A stretch of 62,752 bases of DNA, filler included, from Asterionella formosa (GCA_002256025.1; 19 parts of 19 records of this genome joined end to end with filler, not necessarily neighbours in it), one strand, 5' to 3'; shown: positions 46,921 to 59,553, numbered from the whole stretch's first letter. Made by a program: numbers and translations. Notes: generated by a model from the letters alone, not told the origin.

Positions 46921-49059
46921 ATGGTAGCAGTAAAACGAATTTCTGCGCTAGCCATCACTTTGATTGCTGTTTCGCCCACCATTCATGGATTTGTCAGTCA
47001 TTCCTTTGCAAGACAGCTATCACTGTCTCAGCCACAGACTTTGACATTGAAGCCCCCCTCGGAAAGGCTTGCCCCTAACATACCTTGCCGAACGGAAACC
47101 TCGCTTCGTGTCGCCTCACTTTGGGATCGCCTCGAGATCGACGAAGACGACGAGCCGCACTGGTACTTGCTGAACTGCGTGGCAGGGTTAGAATTGGATT
47201 TGTTGGGTCAATGTCGAGAACGCTGTACAGGCATGGAAGGCGTCGTTAAGTTTGTTGCCCCCATGGAGTCGCTTACTAGGTCGCACGGAGCCAGCCGAAT
47301 GCTGACAGAACACAAAACCAAGTATCCGGGATATGTGTTTGCCAAGCTTCGCCTCTGTGCGGAAAACTACAACGCTATTCAAGATTTGGATTTGTGCCGG
47401 TCGTGGATGGGAAATGTCAACTACAAGCGATCCAAAAAGTTGCCTCCTGCCCCTATTGCTCTCAACGAAGTGGAAATCGAAGGGTTTGGGTTAGAAACTA
47501 TTCAAGAGGGAAATGAACGTGGCGACGAAGACTCGAGCGACGATAACGACATCATTCACGACACTGAAGAGCAGGATATAAAGGACAACAAACCAAGGGT
47601 CAATGAAGAACAACTCAAGGATTTCCTGGGACTCAAAGTAGATGACATGATTAAGGTGACTGGGAAGAACAAGTTTCACGGGGAAGATGGAATCATCAAA
47701 CGTCTCAAAGGTGGAAAGGTCATGATTCGGTTCTATACATATGGATCTACTTATGATGAATGGTTGGAACCTCAAGATGTTCGCAAACTTGGTGATGATG
47801 AAGTTCTACGTGGTCTTGCTGGACCCACCAAGCCCATAACTCAACAGGAATTTGATGGCGGTGGCGAAGGATTCACCGACAGTGCCGGTCAACGTGGGGG
47901 TGGTCCTGGACGCAACCTTCGCAATGATCTCATGAGCACTTTTGATGGTGGCAGAGGAGATCGCAACCGCAGAGTTGATCGGATTGATCGTGGTGACAAT
48001 TTCAAGAGGGATTTGTTTGGCCGAAGCGATGATGAACGAAAACGTGAGGACCGCAACTGGAAACAATACCAAAATCAGCAACAAGCTGACAAACCAGTTG
48101 TAAATGACGGTGAATGGAGTTTACGTTCGGGAAGTCAAAAGGAACAAGCTATAAATGATGCAGATGTAGATGGTCAGTGGGGTCGTTATTCGCAAAAGAA
48201 ACAGAGAAATGAGCGACCTGTGATCCCTCCAAAGAACATTCGCCAGAATCGAGATGTCAACAACGCAATCGATGGTGACGATGACTGGAGTAAATTCGTT
48301 TCTCCCTCGTCGTCTCCGTCTTCTGCTTCAAGCGGAAAGGATGACGATTTCTTTTCGTCCTTGATGAACGAGCTATCGGACGATCTTGACCAGAAGAATT
48401 CAAAGAAGGATTTAAGCCAGAACGTCGATGATGACTTCTTTGCATCATTGATGAGTGAACTCACATCCGAAGTGAAGCAGAATATATCTCCTCCACAGAA
48501 AACTAGTTTTGGAAATGATGTTGTTGCAAAGAAGGAGGATGACTTTTTTGCTGCACTTGAGGCCGAACTCGGTACTTTCGATTCCCAAGGATTACTTGAT
48601 AACAATGGTGCAGATGATTTTTTCTCCAATCTGGAGGCAGAGATGAAAACTGTCAGACCTAAATCAGCAGATGCTTCAAACCAGTCATCTGACGATAATG
48701 TCGACTTTTTTGCAGCCCTCGAAAGTGAAATGGCTGCATCAAAACCGATACCAGCAATGAGTGGAACTGACATTGCAAGTTTTGATGAAATCGACGTTGG
48801 GGCAGTTTTTGGTTCCGAGTCTGGAGAACCACCTGTCGCCAAGAACGTGAAAGAAGAAAGGCCCAATGACCCACCATTGGCTTCCTCTCATTCTTCAAAG
48901 GGGATAAAACCGAAGTCATCCCCTATGACTTCTTCGTCATTAGCAGGGGATTTAGGAAAGTGCACTGTGCCTGTCCTGAAGTCAATGCTAAAGGAACGAG
49001 GCCTTAAGATGACTGGAAACAAGTCAGAGTTGATCGAACGGCTTCAAGAGGCATCATAA
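46921..49059 (+). CDS. nusG: Nucleus-encoded plastid NusG-family (NGN+KOW, pTAC13-like) protein with a C-terminal SAP domain
   Basis: Signal peptide ending in IHG|FV plus a transit peptide; NGN motifs HWYLLNCVAGLE...YPGYVF; KOW LKVDDMIKVTGKNKFHGEDGII; SAP DLGKCTVPVLKSMLKERGLKMTGNKSELIERL. Confidence 0.85.
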   Translation: MVAVKRISALAITLIAVSPTIHGFVSHSFARQLSLSQPQTLTLKPPSERLAPNIPCRTETSLRVASLWDRLEIDEDDEPHWYLLNCVAGLELDLLGQCRERCTGMEGVVKFVAPMESLTRSHGASRMLTEHKTKYPGYVFAKLRLCAENYNAIQDLDLCRSWMGNVNYKRSKKLPPAPIALNEVEIEGFGLETIQEGNERGDEDSSDDNDIIHDTEEQDIKDNKPRVNEEQLKDFLGLKVDDMIKVTGKNKFHGEDGIIKRLKGGKVMIRFYTYGSTYDEWLEPQDVRKLGDDEVLRGLAGPTKPITQQEFDGGGEGFTDSAGQRGGGPGRNLRNDLMSTFDGGRGDRNRRVDRIDRGDNFKRDLFGRSDDERKREDRNWKQYQNQQQADKPVVNDGEWSLRSGSQKEQAINDADVDGQWGRYSQKKQRNERPVIPPKNIRQNRDVNNAIDGDDDWSKFVSPSSSPSSASSGKDDDFFSSLMNELSDDLDQKNSKKDLSQNVDDDFFASLMSELTSEVKQNISPPQKTSFGNDVVAKKEDDFFAALEAELGTFDSQGLLDNNGADDFFSNLEAEMKTVRPKSADASNQSSDDNVDFFAALESEMAASKPIPAMSGTDIASFDEIDVGAVFGSESGEPPVAKNVKEERPNDPPLASSHSSKGIKPKSSPMTSSSLAGDLGKCTVPVLKSMLKERGLKMTGNKSELIERLQEAS

Positions 49060-49329
49060 GCCCAGAAATCTGCAATGGTTTGCATATGTTTGGTAAAACG
49101 AGTAACAAAGAGAAAATTCGGGGTCACGGAGTAGTCTGTCTATCTACATGAGATAGCACAAGATATAATCAAGTCAAAAGTCAGTATAGCAGTTTTCAGT
49201 AGTCAGGATTGCTAGAGGGGTATATAGAATAATTGGCTTCAATATCTGCCCTTTCCATCACATTGTGTTGACCCACATTCCCATGTGTACAGCTACTGTA
49301 CCATCGGTCCTACTTACCTAAAGTAGAAT

Positions 49330-49552
49330 AAAAGTTAGTATGTTTTATAGCCTATTCATACTCCCCTATTTCTAGGCAAGCAAGTCTGTCATTGTGCTAC
49401 CTGCTGAGAAGACCTGTGCTTCCCTAGTTTTGTTAGCGTAGGTGAGTCCCCAACCACATTCTCACGAAAGGTGATTGTATCAGCAGTAGCGTTAGGGGAA
49501 ACTCCGACCGCCTAGGAAGGCGGCACAAGCTGCTTGTCGGGGGGCAACCCAC
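49330..49552. repeat. Second copy of the structured SINE/ncRNA-like body at 2500-2715 (truncated by the contig end)
   Basis: Colinear homology from TACTCCCCTATT through GGCACAAGCTGCTTGT. Confidence 0.85.
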
Positions 49553-49959
49553 NNNNNNNNNNNNNNNNNNNNNNNNNNNNNNNNNNNNNNNNNNNNTTAA
49601 TTAATTAANNNNNNNNNNNNNNNNNNNNNNNNNNNNNNNNNNNNNNNNNNNNATTGTTAAACAAAGACTCAATTGTAAACACCTGGTAAATTGAATATTT
49701 TGATCAATATGTTGTAACAAAGAAATTACCTTTGCACAATACCTGTTGATGCCACTGTCTACACACCCATCAGTGTTGGGCAATCTATTTTCTTCAGCAG
49801 CAGTTTGTGCTGAAAGTCGAATGAATAGCTCAAGAGAGGAATTGTGGACTAGACTATCAGAAGTTGCTGATACACTGCTGTGTGATTTGGGTGGGCTATC
49901 TTTCCATCTTTGTAAAGAATGAGTCTCAAACCAGGTTTTCTTAACCATAGAAAATATCC

Positions 49960-50660
49960 CAAAGCAGTTCGGGATGTTGTAGGAGCTGAACTCGGGAATG
50001 GACTTGGATGTTCATCTACAAACTCATTTCTCAACGAGCTGGCTGTGCTTGTATCTATCGCAATGGAGTCGGGAGTATTTCCTTCAATGTCTCGGACGTT
50101 GAGGAACTCTGATGGAGTCTTTTGGAAAATTGTGTAAATATCTGGAGGGGCGTCAAATGTGAACGTTCCATTGCTGTCTGTCACAGTGGTCATTGCAACG
50201 GTTACATTTGGATACTTAAGCTCAATGGACACACTTCTGATAGGAATGTCCCCGCTATCATTGTTATCAATATCTTCGAGTACCTGCCCGGCAATGGTGC
50301 GTAGTTGTAGCAATGACATCGCCGGTATGGTCATATAGCGTCACAACCACTCCGACTAAGTTGGTATCACCACTGTCATTGTTGTCTGTATCCTCCTTGA
50401 CACAGCCGGAAATTGAGCCAAGTTTCTGTGCACTAGGAGCAGGACTGATGACGGGCTTAAGACCTGGACGTTGTCTACAAACTCATTGTTAAACGAGCTG
50501 CCGGATCTAATGTCAATGTCGATTGAATTGATATCACTACCGTCATTGTCCCCAACTTTGACGAATCCTGTCGTCGGGGTCTTCTGATCAATTGTGTATA
50601 CACCTGGAGGGGCGTAAAAAATGAACTTTCCGGCACTGTCCGTTAACGTCGTCATTGCAG
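49960..50660 (-). pseudogene. Degenerate SdrD-B/Cna-B-like repeat domain gene
   Basis: Two related units, TTLTDSAGKFIFYAPPGVYTIDQKTP and IAGQVLEDIDNNDSGDIPI...TVTDSNGTFTFDAPPDIYTI, plus a PSPFPSSAPT linker. The frames are broken. Confidence 0.6.
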
Positions 50661-51335
50661 GGTTCTTGTGCTGTTGACTTTGTGGCTTGCCATCGCCTGT
50701 GATGCGAAGCAAGTCTGCTGCCAGCGCTTTGGTCCAATGAGATTGACCCACCAGCAGCATGTGTAAATCATTAGCAGAAATAATTTCCGTTCGGAAAATA
50801 TTTCTGCTGCCAGTTCCATCATGTTTGCAAGTGTCATGGAGGAGTCAACTAAGGTTCGTGTGGCAAAAAAGTATTGGTGGTTTATACGAGGATTATGTAG
50901 GCTAGTGTGGTTTAAGGGTTTATCAAAAAGAGGGGGACGAAATATCTTTTGGAAAAAGATATTTCGGACGAAATATCTTTTTTTATTTTATACCGTGTAC
51001 AATATTCATTCATAGATTGCATCTACAAATCACTCCTATCTATACTGGTAGTCAAGATTGAAGTGATGAACTGCATTAATTGAAAACAACAATAGCAAAC
51101 CATAATCAAATCATCCTGAAGGAGTAACAGTTTAATTCGATAGAAAAATATTGTCACTGATGGTTAGACCTGCAAATTACATCAGAAAAAAACCTACCGA
51201 AAAAAAGCAGGCGGCAAACACAAACGAACAGAACTTTAAAAAATGAACTGACAATGCTGTTTCCAGAGCCACGGCAAGTTACATCAGAAAGACATACCGA
51301 AAACAGAGCGGGCGACCAACTCAAAAGAACAGAAC

Positions 51336-52853
51336 TTAAAAAAATGAACTGACAATAGTGTTTCCAGAGCCACGGCGAGATCTTGTTTTCTTCTTCTTGG
51401 CTAACATTAGTTTCTTGATGTCACATTCTGCGTCGTCATAACTTTTCATCTGTTGGGGAGGGATCTTTGCCCGGAAATCAAGCGACCAGAATGGTGCAGG
51501 CGGCTTGGACTTCTCACGTTTTGTGGATTCAAAACCAAGCCGGGCCACATCAATCATTTTGGAAGCCTCCTTGAGTTGGTTCTCACTAAATTCTTCATCC
51601 GCAACTTCGTCAGAGGAAAACTGAGTCTTGACGGGCGCCTGCTGTCGAATTTTGTTCACCTCCCGACTCATGGATTCCGCGGCGACGCGGAGATCGTCAA
51701 CACCACGTAGCGTTTTGGCAAACGACTCAAGCTCTTGATTTGATCTCTCACGCTCCTCGCGAAGTTCCTTTTGTATGGCACTGATAGTCTTATGCGATTT
51801 CTCCACATCGCGTTTCAACATTTCGTTGACCTCCTTTAGAGCATCGATTTCAGCTTCCAATTCTATTGTTGTGTCACCATCGGATTCATAGGACGACGAG
51901 CAATCTCGAATGGCTTCAGCGCCCTCGGGTCTTTTTCTTCCTAAGAAACCACGTTTCTTAGATGGTGTAAGACTCTTTGAGCTGCCATTTCGACCCTCAT
52001 ATGTATCCACTTTCTCCCTCAAGAAACTTATTTCCTTTTGAAGTTCATTGATGTATAACTTGAGGTGGTCAGATTCTTCACTGTTGGTAAACTCTTCCGG
52101 GGGGCTTTGAATCTCCAAATCTTCGACGACACTTTTTAGTCTTTCAATCTCTAGATCTTTCTCCAAGCCAGCTTCGGCCAATCGTCGTAGCTCAGAGTAC
52201 CTCCTGATCATTTCTTCAGGTGAATTCTCGTCAACAGGAGGGTTTACTTTCCGAGCTTCATTAAGGTCCTTATTGAGGCGATTGACTTCATCCTGGAGAA
52301 ACAAAATTTCTTCAGCTGCCTCATCATCCAAGTCGCGATTTTCTGTAGTTGACTCGTTATGTTGGGCTTTCTTTAGTTGCTTTCTGAGTCCTTGAATCTC
52401 TTTGGCAGCATTCTCAGCATCTCGTTTGGAATGATGCTTGAGTCGTTCAAGTTCTTTCTTGGTGCCCTCAATCACCTCGGTTGAAGTCTGCTGAGTGGAA
52501 GCTACCAAATTCTTCAAACTTTCGATGGTATTCCTGGCTTCTTCCAGTTCTTCTGCTAATTGCGTGTCAGGTTCAGATGTGGAGTCAGTAACAGCGGCTG
52601 TTTGCGAGAGGCTCTCCATTTTTCCTGTTAGCAATTTGTTATCTTCGGCAAGTCGCTCAATCTCACAGCAGGAACTTGCATTTTCTCGGTAGGCCTCGTC
52701 GAGTTGGTTTTTGAGGTCGCGGATTACCTTGTGCAATTCTTCCTGTTTAGACATATCTTCTGCAACGTGATCTTCAGCTTCTCGTGCGATTTCCTCTGCG
52801 TCGCCAAGTCTCTGCTGGAGACCCACGATCACTGCATCCTTTGCCTCGACTTC
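51336..52853 (-). CDS. Long coiled-coil protein, C-terminal part (5' end beyond the contig)
   Basis: Open ORF of >498 aa, rich in E/K/L/Q heptads. Confidence 0.8.
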   Translation of the reverse strand, partial: EVEAKDAVIVGLQQRLGDAEEIAREAEDHVAEDMSKQEELHKVIRDLKNQLDEAYRENASSCCEIERLAEDNKLLTGKMESLSQTAAVTDSTSEPDTQLAEELEEARNTIESLKNLVASTQQTSTEVIEGTKKELERLKHHSKRDAENAAKEIQGLRKQLKKAQHNESTTENRDLDDEAAEEILFLQDEVNRLNKDLNEARKVNPPVDENSPEEMIRRYSELRRLAEAGLEKDLEIERLKSVVEDLEIQSPPEEFTNSEESDHLKLYINELQKEISFLREKVDTYEGRNGSSKSLTPSKKRGFLGRKRPEGAEAIRDCSSSYESDGDTTIELEAEIDALKEVNEMLKRDVEKSHKTISAIQKELREERERSNQELESFAKTLRGVDDLRVAAESMSREVNKIRQQAPVKTQFSSDEVADEEFSENQLKEASKMIDVARLGFESTKREKSKPPAPFWSLDFRAKIPPQQMKSYDDAECDIKKLMLAKKKKTRSRRGSGNTIVSSFF

Positions 52854-52953
52854 NNNNNNNNNNNNNNNNNNNNNNNNNNNNNNNNNNNNNNNNNNNNTTA
52901 ATTAATTAANNNNNNNNNNNNNNNNNNNNNNNNNNNNNNNNNNNNNNNNNNNN

Positions 52954-53025
<72 letters not shown>

Positions 53026-53100
53026 AACAATAACAATAACAATAACAATAACAATAATAATAATAATAATAATAACAATAACAATAACAATAACCACAAT
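52954..53100. repeat. Compound microsatellite (AAC)n/(AACAAT)n/(AAT)n
   Basis: Read directly from the sequence. Confidence 0.97.
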
Positions 53101-54039
53101 GCATAATGCATTTTACCACGAAAGTTATAATTTGTTCCTTCACCACGTTCTAGCCAGTAGTTGTTTTCCATTAAAAGAAACCTGGCACGGACGGTCCTCC
53201 TCCTATACCTTTGCTTTGTACTAGCCATTTGTACATTCTACATAACAAAAAGCTGTCGCGCAGTCTATGCTTTGTCAGTATACTTTTGGCGAGCAATGCA
53301 GACCTCACGAAAATCTCACGAACATGGTGAATCGTCACGATTTTCAACGTTGTGATTTGCAAAAGGTTAGTACCAGTAATGCCGCTAGATTGCACTACAT
53401 AGGATGTCTGAATTAACTCAACTATTTTTCCCACCTTTTGGGAGCGTCTATAAGCAAAACTACTGCTACAATGAAGACTCCAACAGGGAAAATATCTAGC
53501 TGTAGCAAATCTATCGAATATGCGAATTTTGTTACACAGAAATAGCTGTTGCATGTATTCGCGTTCATCTGATGATCATGTCATTGTAGTCGGCCTGAGT
53601 AGAAAATAAGAGCTGTAACCAAAGCTATTTCTTTTCGGAAAGGCTACAATTTTTCTACAATGATTATTTTATCAAATAAAATTCGGTTAACAAATCAAAT
53701 CAAAAGAAACGTTGGTAGATATGTTTAATATATACTGGCACCCGTAGTTCTATAGAAAAAGGAGTCGCATACCGGCACTATATTAGTGTTCATAGAATAT
53801 CGTTGTAGTCAGTCGAAAATGAGAGGTATTTCCGAGATACTTCAAATAGTAAACAGTGATATCTCTAGCAAGTGGCTGGCCTTAGTGAAAGTAAATGTAT
53901 AGCTGTGTTAAATCGAATTGAATGAGATAATTTATTTTGTGGTTTTACAAATGATTGATCAAATATCTATACCAGCCGTTGTCTCGTTCTATAAAACAAA
54001 TATCGGTACATAATCGCTATTTAATCGTGTTTTATCACC

Positions 54040-56153
54040 ATGAACGACGACGATTGCTGTTTGATATGTGGTAAGGGTCCATTTGTTTCCCTTCACCGTC
54101 ATTATGCACATAGCCCCGAATGCGAAACAGCTCCTGCTGAGTTGTTTCGTAAACCAGCAACTGGTCCAGACGACGGTCAGAAAGACTATGATGGATTTCA
54201 TCAATCTCCACCATCACCTGCTGATGACTTTTCGTCGTCATTAAAGAAAAGGGCCAAAATTTGTCATGTTCAAACACTACATTTTGGCGATCATACCAAT
54301 ATATATGACATTGATCAAAAAGAAGATGAAGAAAATACAAGCGAAATAGTGGTACAGGATGAAACCAATACTATTCCAGTCCTGAGCACCACAGGGATTA
54401 GGTTTTCCTCCGCCAATCCTGGTATACCATTCTGAGTTGGCGATGTTATGAAGTCTCAGCTGCTTAGTCTTTTGCTCGGCACCCGTTCTCCTCTTTATAT
54501 GTATGATCAAATCATGAGTTTCTGCAGCACAGCTCAGGAAGCTGGATTCATTTTTGAATCTTGTCCTCCCAGGAGGACCACTGTTCTGAAAGAATTTCAA
54601 AACCGATTTAACATGAATGATTTAACTCCCCAGGTGAAACAGGCCATATTGCATGATGGAAAACTGATTGATGTTGTATGTTTTGGTTTCATGGCTCAGG
54701 TTAAGAATCTCTTGACAAATGACACACTAATGTCACCACAAAATGTGTCATTTGATTTCGTCAATCCGTGTAAAGCACCACAACCCACCAGTGTCAGATC
54801 CGAATTTCACACTGGTACCTGGTGGATAGATGCCCGTGAATATTGATGTTCTCATCCAAATGACTTCCTTGTTCCACTCATGTTCTTTATTGACAAGACA
54901 CACACGGTTGAAAAAGGAAAGTACACAATGGAGCCTGTCCTAATGTCACTTGGCTGGTATATTTACTACCAATGTGAGAAATAAGGTCAATGCATGGCGG
55001 CCAATCGGATTGATCCCAAAGCTGACCTCATCAACTCTATCTGAAATCCAGTCCCTAACCCCTGATCAAAAGGAATCCGATTATCACGTTGACCTTGGTG
55101 TGATTCTTGAGGGGGTCAAGAATGTCCAACAAGCTAGTGGATTGAAAAACACATTTTCAATTTCGGAGGCAATCAATTTACACTAAATGTGAAAGTTCCG
55201 GTTGGTCTAATTCTCGGTGATGCTGAAGGTTTAGATGGACAATGCGGACGAAAGAAAACATATCTAAAGACTGCCAGAATGTGTTGTGAATGTGATTGTC
55301 CGTTTGATCAAACGGACAATCCATCTCATGAATGCAGTCCTGTAGGTCGTCAGATTGATTACGAGGAACTATTAATCCGGGGCATAAAAGATTTATTGGA
55401 TAATGTTAGCCAAAGATTCATCTATCCCTTTTGGTATCAGTTGTGTTTTGGTGGCGATCCTCTTGGTGTTAATGGGCACTTTCCTCCTGAAACACTCCAT
55501 TCCATTCAAGAAGGAATAATGGATCACCTCATGGAGCCATATTCTTATATGATTGGGCGCCCCAAAACAGTGAAGGGTAATTCCAATCGAAAACTGTTTG
55601 ACCAGTTGCTCAACAAAATATCTAAACTCTTCCTTCACCAGAGTGACCGAGACCTTCCTCGTTGTTCGTTCAATTTCGGCTTTCATGGTTGCAAAACGAA
55701 AATAACTGCTAACGAAAGAATCGGAGTGATGCTTATTGCCTGTGTTGTCATGGCATGTGATGCTGGAATCAAAATCTGCCGAAAAGAAGGTGGTATGACC
55801 AATCAAGAAATTCGAAACTTTCAAGGTCTATTCAAAGGGATGCTCTGCTACAATGCCTGGTTTAGTAAAGAGAGCTATGATGTGGTAAATTTACCACAGG
55901 AACACCAAAGCGTTGTCAACTATTTTACTAAGCTGGTAAATGTATGCCCTAGAACAACAACCTCTCAGGGATGGAAGCTTGCGAAGTTTTATCAACAGAT
56001 GCATACTGTAAGAAACATTCGTCATTGTTTCGGAAGTCCACAGGTTTTTAATGGAGGCCCAATGGAAAAGAATCTTAAATTCTTGTGTAAATTACCAGCC
56101 AGGACTTCCCAGAAACGCAAAGATGTGATGGATATTCAAAGTGGGGCGAGAAT
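54040..56153 (+). mobile_element. Plavaka/CMC-like transposase, degenerate
   Basis: N-terminal CxxC-H zinc finger, SEFHTGTWW, LVPLMFFIDKTH...MEPV, WRPIGLIP, ILGDAEGLDGQCG, CCECDCP, PETLHSIQEG and KLAKFYQQMH, with internal stops and frameshifts. Confidence 0.75.
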
Positions 56154-58011
56154 NNNNNNNNNNNNNNNNNNNNNNNNNNNNNNNNNNNNNNNNNNNNTTA
56201 ATTAATTAANNNNNNNNNNNNNNNNNNNNNNNNNNNNNNNNNNNNNNNNNNNNTTCAGCATTCGGCTGTTTTTTGTTAGGCACATAGACCACTAGCTGAC
56301 CAACAGGAGGGTTCATGACCACAAAAATTTCCTGGGCAGATTAATAAAAGGCGGCAGGTTTGGCCCTTGGCACACTACCCTAGCCAGACATCGTCTTAGG
56401 GTTAACCCATGGATTTGTAGAAAAAAAGGCATGCAAGACAGAAAACATGAATAGGGTTCTTAGCTGTGTCAGTAGCTAAGATAATTTGCTCTACGTAGAA
56501 TTTCCACGCAAGAGGAACAGTATTCGGTTAGCAGTGTAAGTAGTGTTAGTAGTAAGATAACTTGAGGGGCCTTAAGTTTAGCCGTTGGTGGACAACTGCA
56601 TGCATGGCTGGCTGTGATCATGATTACATGTGCACTGCCACAACCGCTTCATGTAAAACTATTATGTACAGTTTTTTATTTATTCTCACACTTGTTTTCT
56701 TGATGCATTATACAATTTGTCACGCTTGGTTTCTTGATGCATTACATGGTTGCCTTCAACTTCAACTATATAAAACGACAATTTCGTGTTAAAAATTGAC
56801 AAAAGTCCCGTTTGATTTCTTGATGCATCACATGATTGCCTTCAGCGCTCTTGTATCATGGTAGAATCCATGCTTGGTGATGTGCTTGAGACGATCTTAG
56901 AATGATTATTGCCTCTCAAAGTAAGTCAAAACCGAGCAAATCGATTGGTCTGTGTTGCTTTCTTTTTACAATTCAAACTGTTGTTGCCACACTTCGAGCA
57001 TAGAGCAAACTGTAATCACCATCAAATCTTCCTTGGTCAAAGTCTCTTGATCGTCTGGATGATAGATGAGCTTGAAAAGTCTATTCCTGGTCTTGAGACA
57101 GTTTCCGAGGTTCCATAAAAATGCTGAATGGTTTTTGTAAAGTAGTATTAGAGCATCCACTGATGCTGACAGCACTGAAAGCTATCCTGAAAAAGAAGAA
57201 GGTTGCTTTTCCAACCATATCATTATGGCATCATCAAAACTGTTATCAGGCTGATCATCTGGGAATACTTCAACGTTCATCCTTTTGGATAAGGCGATTT
57301 CTGTAAGGCACCTTTGGAGTAGAAAGGAGGTATTTCTTGCTGGAGAGGTAAGACAAGCAATGTCATGGAATAAACTCACAGTAATCAACAAAGCTTCCAC
57401 TGAGCTTCCATGAATCTCATCTTGCTTGCTTGGAAGACTCAAGATGTCGAACTGATATGAAGGAAAGATGCTATTCTTGATGTTTAGTAGGTTGAAATTC
57501 TGGATCAATGGGACCACTGGGACTTGATAATTTATCAACATTGTTAATTCTAATTTGACTCTTTTTGAATTCAAAGTGAAGTATCCAACTAGAAGTAGTA
57601 GTATTGTACATATAAGTTACCAAATCTAATCGGTTAATCCAAATTGTTGATATATTGATCAAATGTTGTGTTAGCTATGTTGATAATAAATTTGATATAT
57701 CAATGATGGTAATGGTGTGGTCGATCAAATTTGTTTGTCAGATTATTTGCTTACACACGTAGGGTTACGCATAGATAGTAGTCATATATATTAGTAATCA
57801 AATTTAATATGCTAACCAAACGTTTTGATTTATTGATACTATGATCATCACGAGATTGCACGCAAATATCGTATTTGCCCTGGTGTAAATATTAACAAAG
57901 AAATTATTCCCACCATAACTATGGTCAAATTCAAAACCGAGTTCGAAAAATGGAATTCTGGCATGAAGAAGGCTTGATCAGAACGTCGAGAGAGTTTTCT
58001 GAAAACATTCA

Positions 58012-58716
58012 GTGAGATACCAAAAATCCGAGGTTGCTTACACCGACAGGGAACCTCAATTTAAGGTGGGCGGTGGTTTCCGTGGGAAAGGCCCTCTGAA
58101 ATGTGTTATAGCAAAACATTCAGATTCAAAGATTTTCCAACCAACACAGGATGGTGGGTGGTCATGTGGTCCCTTTACAATTGTGAAGTTTATGGAATTA
58201 CTACTACAAATACGATACAGTGGAGAAACTAATTTTATGGGGAAACGAAGTGAGTCACATTTAACAAAGGATGTTTGGGATACAAGGGATCCAGAAAATG
58301 CTGATGAAAATGCGGTTATGGTATATGTTCTCAACACCATTGTGGGTTCATGTTGTGACAAAATGGCAGCAATGGAGTTCAATCCTGAATTCGAGTTATC
58401 TCCGATGTTAACTACAACTGAACTGACGTATCTTAGTAAAATGGTTCATCATCACACCGTAGAATCTTACTATTGGCATGGTAATAAAGAAACCTTGAAT
58501 TTTGAAAAAGAATATGAACGTGCTTTTGTTGTTGCTGAGGGCATGCAGAAAGTGAGCAGGTATGCTGTTCTCCTGAAAGACAGCCAGCATGATATACTAT
58601 ACAAAGATTTCAAGAGTTTCTTGAAATCTTCGGAAGAATCAGTGGATGATGACAGTTCTTTTTCATCGTCAGGTTCTCAAAAAACAAAACAAAACATAAA
58701 GATAAGTAAAATATGA
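58012..58716 (+). pseudogene. Ulp1/C48-like cysteine protease remnant, probably transposon-borne
   Basis: QPTQDGGWSCGPFTI matches the Ulp1 Q-x-D-x-x-x-C-G catalytic Cys motif. The upstream frame is interrupted by a stop. Confidence 0.5.
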
Positions 58717-59553
58717 ATTCGGAGGCAGTTATTAAATGTTGAAGTATATTCGTAATAATTTGTATTGTGACGATTAGTGCTACTTCTCTGTACTTAAAGG
58801 AATATGCCAACCCCAATCAATTTCCATTGGTTTCGTGGTGGTAATGCAATATAATAATCTGTATTTTCCATGGCTTCAACGGTTTCTCGTGTACTTGTAC
58901 ATTTACTGATTGTAGCTGGTGCTAAAGCTGGGACTACACATGCTGTGGAAAGAATGTTGTTATGCTCAACAACGCTTCATCCAGTCTTCTCATCACAAAT
59001 GTAATCACCTGTAGCAAAAAACATGCGATGATGGGCTCCGGCATGACAGTGGTACTCCTCAAGAACATATAGATGCAAGGAGTGTTTCAGTTCCATCTGA
59101 ATAAACTACGTTACCCCATAAAAGTAATTTTGCTGGTACACTGTAATTTTTCCCATTTCGACTTTCCCAATTCACTTCAATTCAATCAAACCAAGAATTT
59201 GATTGATGAAGACTCTTGTCCAATTTGTTCCATTTTGGATTACATCTTAAAATAGTTTTTGTACTTTCCATCTTTGGAGATTATAGTAACATGATAATAG
59301 AAATTGATCCGATCTATCTCTACAGATGTTGGAGAAAATATTTTAGGAAAGAAAATCCCGGTATAAATTACCTACTACATATTGAATCGAATGAATCAAG
59401 AAAGAATATGGTACCAGAGAATTCGAAAACAATCTACGCCAACAGTAAAAACCNNNNNNNNNNNNNNNNNNNNNNNNNNNNNNNNNNNNNNNNNNNNTTA
59501 ATTAATTAANNNNNNNNNNNNNNNNNNNNNNNNNNNNNNNNNNNNNNNNNNNN

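Noticed and set aside
46921..49059. Bacterial contamination suggested by NusG
   Set aside because: The bipartite plastid-targeting peptide, the SAP domain and the flanking repeat shared with contig 1 indicate a nuclear gene.
49395..49425. SRP RNA helix 8 resemblance (CAGG...AGCAGGT on the minus strand) and RNase P/MRP CR-I resemblance (GGAAACTCC nearby)
   Set aside because: There is no GNRA loop or stem in the SRP-like part, the other copy differs, and no clear CR-V partner was found. An Rfam scan is needed.
52898..53228. Poly-Cys, poly-Leu and poly-Val ORFs
   Set aside because: They are translations of the (AAC)n microsatellite running into Ns.
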